DNA of 51,206 nucleotides, filler included, from Basidiobolus ranarum (Eukaryota): NCBI GenBank assembly GCA_040143965.1. It is 3 parts of 3 records of this genome, joined end to end, with 100 filler letters (N's around TTAATTAATTAA, not from the genome) between each part and the next. Parts side by side here need not be neighbours in the genome. Positions count along the whole stretch, not along the records: positions 1 to 17,018 come from JASJQH010007193.1; positions 17,119 to 34,116 come from JASJQH010007194.1; 1 more part is not named here. One strand, 5' to 3'. Shown piece by piece: positions 12,728 to 22,747 of this stretch (position 1 is its first letter; each line of letters starts with the position of its first letter). The notes under the pieces were generated by a model. It saw only the letters and a program-made list of their open reading frames with translations, ran no database searches and was not told where the DNA came from. The position numbers and the translations under genes were made by a program.

Positions 12728-15719
12728 ATGTTGTTGAATACCGGTGAGAAATCAGGTCGCGGGATATGGAAACCTCCTGAGACCAAAAGATTAATACAAA
12801 TTCGTAGAGAACTTGACGACCTCTTCTTTTATACGAAAAAGAGAATAGTCGACGAACAGTGGCAGAAGGTGGCAGAGCAGCTACAAACTTCCGGATTCAA
12901 CAGAACTATGTTAGAATGTAAAATAAAGTGGAAAAATTTACTTCAAAAATTCAAGGTATGACTCTCCTACTATCACCCCAAAGAGTATTACCAGACTCTA
13001 TGTGCAGATCTTTAGCCATTCAAAAAAGTTTTGTTGCTTTGCAGCTTTGAGCTCTTTTGGATGCTTCTATTAACTAGTGCCCTTTTAGGAAACCCTTCAG
13101 CCCGGCTACAACGGCCCTTCCTTTTCATTTAGTGAGGACATGCAATGGTATGCTGCAAGGTTATCCAGGGAAGGGAAGGAGGAGAGTGCAGAAAGTCCCA
13201 CGAGGGAGAGCAAAAGACAGTCGTCACCATTGGGTGAAAGCTCTCATCCTTCTCAGGCTACTCGTGCTTCACTACCATTAATTGAATCTCGAGATGCTAA
13301 TTCTCCCCGCGCCTCTCACAAAAATGTTACTCATACACCACAGGGACAGAGTGAGCCTACACACACCGACGTCGATATAAAAAGTGTGCATTCAGCATAC
13401 ATGCCTATATCTTATCGTGAGCCAGCAGGATCAACCGATCCCCTACCAGTAGAACCCTCAACACTTCATTACTCCAGCCAGCCAACCGGATCTAGATCCC
13501 CTTCATTTTATGGCCATCACTATCCTACAGTTTCCTCTCCAATCCCAATGTCCAAAAGGCTTAAACCCACAAGATATGAAGAGGTTTGTACTGTTAGTTA
13601 CTTACGTATCCGCAGTCCTGAATTTTACCATTTTGATACATCGATCTTAATCGAAACACATCCATACGTATTGTGCCAACGTTATGCTACCCTCCAAAAA
13701 TATTTTGTGGCTTATGTTGGGCTTCGAAAGAGATATTTTTGTAGTAAACTATGTGATTTACTTTGGCATGATTTATGCATGAAAACTGATGGTTTCATTA
13801 TATTTCATGACAATGATAATAGTTTCTTCGACTTCATTTCCTACCTACACGCCATATTCTAACTATCCAATGATTTTTTGCCTGTAATTTGTAGTTCGAG
13901 CCACTTCTGTCTTCGGTTCGTTACGATCCTTTAGAAGTTCAAAGAATTAACGAAATGCTTGAAAATGACGAACGTGTTAAAGTTGCAGGAATCGACATAG
14001 ATGGCATATTACGCGAGAAAGTCATGGCCAAGTCCAAATTTTTGTCTATGTTGTATGAGGGTTTCGGTGAGAAAAGCGAGTTTTCTTCTTCGTTCAGGGA
14101 AAGTATAACTAACTTTGTTGAATAGGTTTCAGTGGATCCATCTTTGGTTGGGGTGAACGAGAGGCATCTTCTTTAGGCTCGGAGTTTGAAGGTTTATATT
14201 CTTTGCTGCTTCTTTCTTTGGATTCTCCCTTTCCTTAACCTTTAGTGGTTTTTTTACTTTTCAAAGCATACAGTTATCTCGTGGCAAAAGTGGATTTAGG
14301 AACTTTTCGGAGGATCCCATGGGAAGAGAGTCTTCCTTTCTTTCTAGTGAAGTTCTTCACTAAAGAGGGACAGCCTGTAGGTGTCTGTCCTCGTCACATG
14401 TTAGGGAGAATCATCCATGAGTATCATTCCATGGGGTTTGAGCCCTTATGTGGTGTAGAATACGAGTGGTATAACTATAAAGGTAACTTGTCTCTATTCT
14501 TCCATCGACTATGTCCATTTTTTCTTATTCCTTTCTGAAATCACATGTGAATAGAAACTCCGTTCACTCTGCGAGAAAAAAACTTCAAATCCGAGCCACT
14601 TACTTCGGATTTATTCAATTTGGCATTGGAGGACTCCCAAGGAAAGCGAGCCTATTTCAATGAACTATTTCAAATGTTACAGAAATTCGATTGTCCCTTA
14701 GAGAGTCTATGTACTGAAGTTGGTAAATACATCAACTATTGTAATGCATGAACGATTGCAACATGGAATCCTTACTGGTAGTTTCGTATTCTTTATTTCG
14801 ATAAATTAGGGCCAGGTCTTTATCAAGGCGCACTTCAATATGGATCTGCATTGGCAATGGGCGATCGTGCGCAGCTTTTCAAAGTTGCTGTGAAACAGAT
14901 AGGCTTACGTCAAGGAATAATGGCCTCGTTTATGGCGAAACCACATGAAAATATACCCGGATGCTCAGCGCGATTACATTTCTCCTTGAAGGATATCAGA
15001 TCAGCAAAGAATATTTTCTCTAGGCGTAATGAAGTGGGAATGAGAGAGCCACCACGAGACGGCTTAGAAGATATGAGCCAAGTGATGAGTTGGTTTGTTG
15101 CAGGATTATTGCGTGGTCTTCCAAGCATATTGGCCATTTTAGCGCCATATGTGAACAGGTAATTATACGTGACTTTTCGCCATTTGGAGTATATTTTAAC
15201 AATCTTTCGCTGTTAAGTTACAAGAGACTTAGGGAAAACGATTGGTCACCAATGATCGTTTCTTGGGGACATGATAGTAGAAATAGTGCCATCCGAATCA
15301 TCAGCTCTCAAGTCAATGCCGAGTCTACTAGATTGGAAGTGGTATGCAAAGGATTTTATGAACCTCCTTGTAGAGCGTCTTACTCAACTTTTTTCATGTA
15401 GCGAGTGCCTGGAGCCGACATGAATCCACATTTAGCTCTTGCCGCCTTACTTGCTTGTGGTATGTGGGGAATCAAAAACAAACTTCCCATCCCTGTCCCG
15501 CCTAGCGTTGGTGGTATTGCTAGTGACTCAAGAGCCGAGAGATTCCCAAAGTCACTACTGGAAGCCACGCAAAAAATGCTCGAGCGTGGAAGTGTGGCCC
15601 GAGAGGTCCTTGGAGATGAGTTTGTAGATCATTACGGAAGCACCCGACTTCATGAATGGAAACAGTGGGAGCGGGCCATCACAGACTGGGAAAGCAAACG
15701 ATATTTTGAAATGGTGTAA
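12728..15719 (+). CDS. Predicted 711-aa fusion: N-terminal trihelix/Myb-SANT-like DNA-binding domain, S/P-rich linker, C-terminal type I glutamine-synthetase-like (gamma-glutamyl ligase fold) domain with degenerate active site
   Basis: Nine GT-AG exons total 2136 nt in frame: 12728-12955, 13089-13583, 13895-14066, 14126-14191, 14267-14482, 14555-14722, 14810-15158, 15218-15341, 15402-15719. Trihelix signature WKPPETKRLIQIR..WQKVAEQL..GFNRTMLECKIKWKNL..FSEDM. GS-like motifs VKVAGIDIDGILR, FRRIPWE, GVEYEW, FMAKP, NSYKRL, RLEVRVPGADMNP. The domain identities are more certain than the fusion. Confidence 0.78.
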
Positions 15720-16720
15720 TACAAACATAAGCATGACAAGGAAAAACGCCAACCATATGAAGTCATCATCTAACAAGAGATGACTTCTCTACTCGTAGTA
15801 CATTTGAACCATTTCATCTTTCAAAGCATTTTGATATTTCGAACAATTTCGATTTTGATTTAGCAACTACCCTAATTCTAAATATTTCTTTTTTTTTCTT
15901 TATGTACAAATTTCCCTAAAGATATTTTTGATACACCCTTCGTCCTCATTATTGCTCCTATCCATTCAGATTTCCATTGATGGATATGAATAAAACTTCA
16001 CTCAACCAAGATTGAGCTTGTGGTTGTAAGTAAGCACGTTAGTTGCACTCCTTATCAATAATGATCTATGAAATGCCTGTATGAACATATAGAAAGATTT
16101 CATAATCCACAATAGAGACCTTGGTATCATAACTCAGCTGTTGTGGATGAACGACTTTTAATAGTAGATCCAAGAATGAACCACATTACTTAGTAGTTAT
16201 CAAGGACTAATTCAGCCCAAGTATCTAATAGATATTACCATCAGATCACCTACAGATATGTAGTATAATTTGTTGAAATATCACAGTTAAGTACCTAAAC
16301 TTCATTATTACATTTAGCATATTTAGTGTTTATTTACTGAATAGTGAAGGTTCAAAGCGGTATTATCAATTTGGGATTTGTTCAAGAAATCTTGAGAATA
16401 GACAAATTTTCAAACTCGTTTAAAACTCCCTAAACTACTCCCCAGCCTTTTTAGTTTCCTAGCAACACAACAATGCTGTTGTCTTTCCTTGTCTTCAACT
16501 TTGATATAAATACTTACTTTCAAGCTCCATATTTTCTCTAATTTTCCTAAACACTTGCAAAATAGCTGACCTCAGGTTTCCTAGTATTCAAATTATTCCT
16601 GAGTTAAGAATCTTCATATTTATTATTGTTCAGGTAAATTCCTACTTTACTGATCTTGGCATTGTCACATCCAAACTTCTTCTGTAGTCCAGAGAGAGTA
16701 GTTTGCATTGCAGATTGTTG

Positions 16721-17018
16721 AAGTATTTTGGTAGTTGTTGGAAGTGATTTGGAGAGCTAGAAGAATTGGTGGTTCTCACAATAACTTACTGAGCATAAGT
16801 TTGCATTTATACTTTTGTCAAGAGGTAAGTAAATCAACATATAGAATATGTTCAGGAAAGTCCCAGGTGTTAAAGTATTTTAGGAGCCTGTTGGAAATGG
16901 TTTGGAGAATTAGAGAAATTGGTGGTTTTCACTTATTGATTTATTGAGTATTCAGTTGACATTTATAGTTTTGTCAAGATGTAAACAAACTAATGTGTAG
17001 AATGTGTTAAGGAAGGTC
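16721..17018. repeat. Degenerate tandem repeat, unit about 152 bp, two copies running into the gap
   Basis: Units starting at 16721 and 16873 share aagtatttt..tgttggaa..tttggaga..aattggtggtt..catttata.ttttgtcaaga..tagaat.tgtt.aggaa.gtc. Inverted partial copies lie near 16531-16568 and 33058-33091. Confidence 0.8.
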
Positions 17019-17118
17019 NNNNNNNNNNNNNNNNNNNNNNNNNNNNNNNNNNNNNNNNNNNNTTAATTAATTAANNNNNNNNNNNNNNNNNNNNNNNNNN
17101 NNNNNNNNNNNNNNNNNN

Positions 17119-17957
17119 GCGAGGTAGCTCATGTACTCAGCAACGTGACCAGCATAATGGTAGGTACGAAGGACCTCAGAGTCCAAAGACTTGGCTTCAG
17201 CATCGTAACCGGGGAAACGGTTCTCGGAGTGAGGAATGAAGATACCACCATCGGAAGCACCCTTAAGGGCAGCGAAGACACGGGAACCAGTGGTAGTGCG
17301 CTTCAAACCAACATCAAGGAAAGCCTTGAAAGGACGAGGACCATCCTCAAGTTCTTCGACAAGAGAGACGGTACCGTCAGCCTCTTCAACACCTTGGTAC
17401 TTATCGGCAAGACCGAGCTTGGTCAAGACACGACGGGCAACAAGGAGACCGGTACAGTAAGCAGAGGCGTAGTTGGTCAAACCAACCTTGACACCATATC
17501 TGGGCAATTCATGAGCATAAGCGGAAGCCAAGACGAAGTCACCTTGGATCTTAGCATAGACAATTTGGCAGATGATGTCAGTGTTGGTGAAACGGACAAC
17601 CAATCTGTACTTAGGAGAGTTGTATTTGTTTTTGGCTTGAACAACAAGACGCTTACGAGCGTAGTAATCAGTCTTACCCTCTAAATGAAGTAGAGACAAT
17701 TAATACGAGAACTAGTCGGATGAATCATCCAGAGAATGCATTCTCTGACATTTTTTACTGCTGTAAAAATACATACCTCTTCTTCTTCTGTACTTAACTT
17801 GGAAGCGCTTGAAGTAAGCCTTATTCTTGACGAGCTTGACGAAAGGCTACAATAAGAAGGTTTATGTAAGAATTGAATCTAATCATATCAATCAATTGCA
17901 TCCATCCACTATCATCAAATATCGAAAGTGTACATCGCAATAAATGGCCCTTACCAT
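17119..17957 (-). CDS. RPL5: 60S ribosomal protein L5 (uL18); 3' end lost in the gap
   Basis: ATG-only coding exon 17957-17955 (atg|gtaag), exon 17846-17777 [23 protein letters not shown], exon 17680 to gap [33 protein letters not shown]. Confidence 0.98.
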
Positions 17958-18121
17958 ATTGAGAAGATCAAAGACACCGAGGAGCAAAGAAAGAATTAGT
18001 GGCGACTAATATTTCCATTTTATACCGCCGACGAAAATCATTTTTTTCTTTTTTGTATTTCATCTGGTCCCCGTCCCCATCCACATCCAAATTATTGATC
18101 GAATTCATCAGCTCGCACACA

Positions 18122-18144
18122 CCTAACCCTAGCCCTAACCCTAA
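18122..18144 (-). promoter_or_regulatory. Telomere-like TTAGGG/TTAGGGCTA cluster upstream of RPL5 (candidate Tbf1/telobox-type element)
   Basis: Minus strand reads TTAGGGTTAGGGCTAGGGTTAGG about 165 bp upstream of the RPL5 ATG. Confidence 0.55.
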
Positions 18145-18887
18145 AACTTTCCAAGCGGTCCTGTTTGTATGCTGATTCAGTGAGCACAGCCTCAGGACAA
18201 CGTAGATTATTAATAAAACAATTCCAGTAAACATATTGTCGGTGATCCAAGTATGAATGCGATTATGGAACATACTCAATACATACGTTACAAGTAAATA
18301 ATGTATATGCGGTAGGTCTGAGATTTCCCCGTACGAATCTTGAGGTATTGATGAGCAAATTAGACGAATGGACGATACAGTACATGCACCTTTCGCATAA
18401 AAAGATGATAGATGCTTGCTAAGATCGTTTACATTAGAAAAAACGTCCTAGTTGCATCTCCTTCCCTTAATTGCCGTTATACATACAATTCTTCCTCTCC
18501 CACTAGACTCAATCGACGATAACTCAAATACTCCAACATCCCGTTTATTCTATTAACTGATAGTTATTTCTATTTTTCTCTTGGTACTTTCTGTTTTAGA
18601 CTGTTAATACCTCACCACAAGGTTTGTTTTGAGCGCCACTTGCTATTTGAGGCAAGGTCATTTATCCTGAACCGAGGTTCATAAGCTTTAAAATATTCTC
18701 TAGTGTACCGGGTATTCCACTTAATTTGCAACTCACATCAGGCTGGCCTCTTGTTTAACTTACTTCGATACACTATTTTGTACCTCTTTCTGAATTAATT
18801 ATATATATCGCATCCAACCTCTTTAAACCATTTTAGAATCTCTTTCAATAACTTCTTTAGAATTCGGACTTTTTTTCTAAACAAAGC

Positions 18888-19860
18888 ATGAACACTTTTA
18901 AAAAAGTATTTCGGAAACCAAGAATGTCTGATGAGTTGGGGGAAAATCGTCTGGATAGAGTAGCCTTTTCACCATCGACCTCTTACGTTAACCGGAATAA
19001 ATCTTCTGGTGAAATAGGAACTACTAAAGGAAGCTACATCCAAACCACAAACTATAAACATTTATCTTCTTCTACTGGTAATTTCCCCAATACCTTTTCG
19101 TCAACAACTTCAAAAAGTACACCTTCGTTGCCTATAAGAGGACACGTCAATGATCACGAAGACTTTTCTGCTTGGGTGCCATATCAGAATGTGGATAAAA
19201 CCAAGACTTCAGCACCCACTTTGGCAGATAAATATGTTCAAAAAGCGATACAGTGTCATGAACGCAACGAATTAGAAAAGGCTGCTCATTTCTTTAGACT
19301 TGCTGCTTGTCAAGGATCACCAGTAGGGCTATTTCTATATGGAATATCGCTGAGACACGGCTGGGTAAAATTTATTTTACGGATTTAATAAATATTGATC
19401 ACTTGTTGATGTAGTGAATAGAGTTTATCATTTGAATCTATATTGAACCAACCAATTTTCTTTCCTATAGGGTTGTAAGGCGAATCCTCAAGTGGCATTT
19501 CAATGTCTTCAAAAAGCAGCCGAGTGTGCGGTATTTGATTTGAATAATCTCACCAATAATACGAATCTTTCAGCAGCTAAGTACGAATTGGTTCTTGCCA
19601 TTTACGAACTTGGTGTTTGCTTTCAACATGGTTGGGGTGTACCAAAAAACAAGGCCACTGCTGCGTATTATTTTGAAATTGCTGCCAATCTAGGAGATCC
19701 TGACGCTCAAAATGATTTGGCTTTCTGTTATCTCCATGGTCATGGAGTGAAGAAGGATAGATTTAAAGCGGCCAAATACTATCGAATGGCACATGCACAA
19801 GGAATGGGCGTAGTAGGAAATAGCTGGATATTTAAAGAAAAGTATGATAATACTTTATAA
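18888..19860 (+). CDS. Sel1-like repeat (HCP-like) protein, Dsf2/Nif1-like
   Basis: Exons 18888-19364 and 19471-19860: LFLYGISLRHGW|GCKANP..AIYELGVCFQHGWGVPKNK..AANLGDPDAQNDLAFCYLHGHGVKKD..GNSWIFKEKY. Confidence 0.88.
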
Positions 19861-20812
19861 GTAAAAGCTATTGAAGATGAAGCAAGTCTACTTTGAAATG
19901 CAATAGAAGTGATATCTTTTGAAATACTGAGACTTCCATGTCATCAACTTGGACACTTCTTTTGGCTTATTTACATTGATTCTTTATCGATAGATATTGA
20001 TATGAAAAGAACCCAAGCACTTGATTTTTCTTCAGTTCTGTATAAATATGACTTGTCTTACTGAGAAAGATTCAAGAACCTTATGTAGAGATATTTCATT
20101 TATTACTTATTTACTCAACAATGGGTTATTTATTTGGTGTCTAATAATGGAATTTTTATCGAATTTTCTGATGAATTAACCAATCCTGCTCAATTGGCTT
20201 AATAACTAACCAAAGATAGTTGCTAATGTACATTATAAGTAAGGAATATTAGCGATGCCTATGATCTTGACTTGATATTACAATGAACATGGTTAATTTG
20301 CTATTTAATCTACTATACCTACACTGCATTGCTTTTCACGTTCTCAGAATCTAAAACATATACACAGAAAAAATCAAATCTGCAATTTTTAGTGAACAAT
20401 AGTAATTTATAATGGATTGTCAAAAACTAGGGAGATACATTTCGAAATGAATAACCCTTTTTCTTACAATAAAGAATATTAATACTCAGAGTAATATTAA
20501 ACTTTCTTATATTGCCAACACCCTTAGATGTCCTAACTCAACTAAATGTATAGCGCAGGTTTTTAAAATCTTTTTGAATCGGATTAGTATTAATGAAAAA
20601 TCATTCTTTTTTCTTGATCAAGTGTCATGAGAAAGGCGAGGGTAACACGTGATTACACAACCAGAAATAATATCAATAGAATTTGACCTTCTGATTGTGT
20701 TGCTGAAGATAAATACACTAAATTGATACAGTTGTTGTTTTGGGATAATAATATTGGTTGAAATACAAGACGACCTAGCATTAATCGTTAGGAAGCTTTG
20801 TCTGTACTCATC

Positions 20813-20838
20813 ATATATATATATATATATATATATAT
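20813..20838. repeat. (AT)n microsatellite just downstream of the minus-strand ferritin stop
   Basis: Run of about 13 AT units. Confidence 0.9.
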
Positions 20839-20869
20839 TATGTCAGTGTTTATAGTATTAAACCTATCT

Positions 20870-21638
20870 TCACTCTCTGTTGTATAGTTCTTGATCAAAG
20901 AGATAAAGCCCGAGCTTATCACGTCCGACACGTTGTAATTGAGTAGAAAGATGAGCCAATTCAGAAATTACAGCCACCTCTCGGTGTAAGAAGTTACTCC
21001 TTCACGAGAAAAAAAGTTAATGATAGTAAAAGGAGAAGGGTAGGTAACATTCACCAACTTTACAAAGTCCTCTAATGCTGGGTCATTAACCTCACGTCCA
21101 TGGAGTGAGGTTGCAATAAATGCCTCGTTCGTTTCTTTCTTCATAGAAAGCGAGGCCTCTATTAAATGAAAGCAAATTTAACCCAATATTCAGTCACTTT
21201 AAAATAAGCTCTACCTCAACTTACCAACCACATCATAGGCAGACTCCCATTCAGTTTTTGGTGAAGAAATAGATGCAAGTTGAACAATACCACCTCGTTG
21301 GTTCTGATAATCGATTAATTTCCAAACTTGTTCGTATTCCTAAACAAATATATCGTATCAAAGAATATCCTCAGGGTACTGACTCTCAATAGTGCAAAAT
21401 GTACCTCATCCGAGAGTTTTTTGAAATACTTTTGTAAACCCTAAAGGATAAAATTTGGTTAGGAAAATCAAGTCACTAGATAAAAGAGAACTTGATGCTC
21501 AACTGGTAAAGCAACGTTATCCCTTCCAAAATATGTTGAAGCTGATAAGTGAATGTAGTGAGAATTGTATTTCACTGTAATTTGTTGATTGAGTAAGTCT
21601 TCAGAAGCAGTAGTGAAGTTTTGTTTGGCGAGGGACAT
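20870..21638 (-). CDS. Ferritin subunit lacking the ferroxidase centre (L-chain-like), 171 aa, 5 exons
   Basis: Exons 21638-21504, 21440-21405, 21339-21225, 21158-21059 and 20999-20870 (516 nt): MSLAKQNF..ITVKYNSHYIH..RDNVALP|GLQKYFKKLSDE|EYEQVWKLIDYQNQRGG..|ASLSMKKETN..DPALEDFVK|SNFLHREV..QRVGRDKLGLYLFDQELYNRE*. Aligns without gaps to the neighbouring ferritin. Confidence 0.88.
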
Positions 21639-22207
21639 GATTTGAAGTAATGTAATTCGCAGCAAGGACTTGGTGAGTCAAGTCTTTTAAATGATTGTAA
21701 TAGGATGACGGAATACTGTCGTGAATACTGCCACTTATAGGTTCATCAAGCTAAACCTCACTCTTACTATCTTTAGATTTAGTCAGGCTCACTCGAGTGG
21801 AACTGATCCATGAGCTGATCCTGCGCAGTTTCGGAGTGAAATGAGAAAATGTGCGGGGCCCCTCTACTCTTCCAGCAAGTAATAGTGAAGAGCAAATCAA
21901 AGCCTACTTGCCAACTCATCAAAATGCTATCTAGAGTGGTATAATTGGCTGGTGTTCAACCTATTCTAGATCGTTAGTTGGCCTTAAAGTGATTGAGATT
22001 TATGGTGGAGTGTTCATTGGAGGTGATTCAGCTCTCCTTGGCCAAGCCACTAGAATATATGCTATATCAAGTTCTTCTCACTGACAAATCCAGTTTAGGG
22101 TGAGCAGTACGGGAGACAATAGTTATTTGAATATAAAGCCCTCCTCTTGGTGCTAATCCCATCAATTCATCAATCTCTTTTGATTCTCTCTTAAAACAAC
22201 ACTCAAT

Positions 22208-22747
22208 ATGTCTCTTGCCAAGCAGAACTTTGCCATTGCCTCCGAGGAAGGTATCAACAATCAGATCAACATGGAGTTTACTGCTATGTACACGTACACC
22301 TCAATGGCCGCTTACTTTGATCGTGATAATGTCGCTTTACCAGGTTTAGCCAAATTCTTCAGAGAAAGTGCGGAAGAAGAACGTGAACACGCCCAAAAAT
22401 TGATCGACTATCAAAACCAACGTGGTGGTAGAGTCAATCTCCAACAAATACCCAATCCCTCTTGTGAATGGCAATCGGCCAAGAACGCAGTTGAAGCAGC
22501 ACTTCAACTTGAAAAGGATGTTAACAAATCCTTGCTAAACCTACATAATATTTCGGCCGAAAATGGGGATCCACAGTTTTGTGATTTCATTGAAACCCAC
22601 TATCTTACCGAGCAAGTAGAATCCATTAAGAAAATCTCCGACTTGGTAACACAACTTAATCGTGTAGGTGGTGATGGTTTAGGCCTTTACCTTTGGGATC
22701 GCGAACTTTACCATCATGGTACTTCGTCCACTAACATTGGAAATTAA
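22208..22747 (+). CDS. Ferritin, H-type with intact ferroxidase centre, intronless
   Basis: INMEFTAMYTY, YFDRDNVALPG, EEREHAQKL, QNQRGG, LEKDVN, DPQFCDFIETHYLTEQV. Equivalents of human H-chain E27, Y34, E61, E62, H65, E107 and Q141 are all present. Confidence 0.96.
   Translation: MSLAKQNFAIASEEGINNQINMEFTAMYTYTSMAAYFDRDNVALPGLAKFFRESAEEEREHAQKLIDYQNQRGGRVNLQQIPNPSCEWQSAKNAVEAALQLEKDVNKSLLNLHNISAENGDPQFCDFIETHYLTEQVESIKKISDLVTQLNRVGGDGLGLYLWDRELYHHGTSSTNIGN

Noticed and set aside
16721-17018. Tandem repeats as a CRISPR-like array
   Set aside because: Eukaryotic context, long degenerate units, no unique spacers and no cas genes.
17019-17118. TTAATTAATTAA embedded in N runs (also 34117-34216)
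   Set aside because: Identical spacer in both gaps with stops in all frames; an assembly gap marker, not biology.
21700-21735. CAGTAT repeats in the leader region of the L-like ferritin as a possible iron-responsive element
   Set aside because: The loop is not CAGUGN and there is no 5-bp upper stem with a bulged C.
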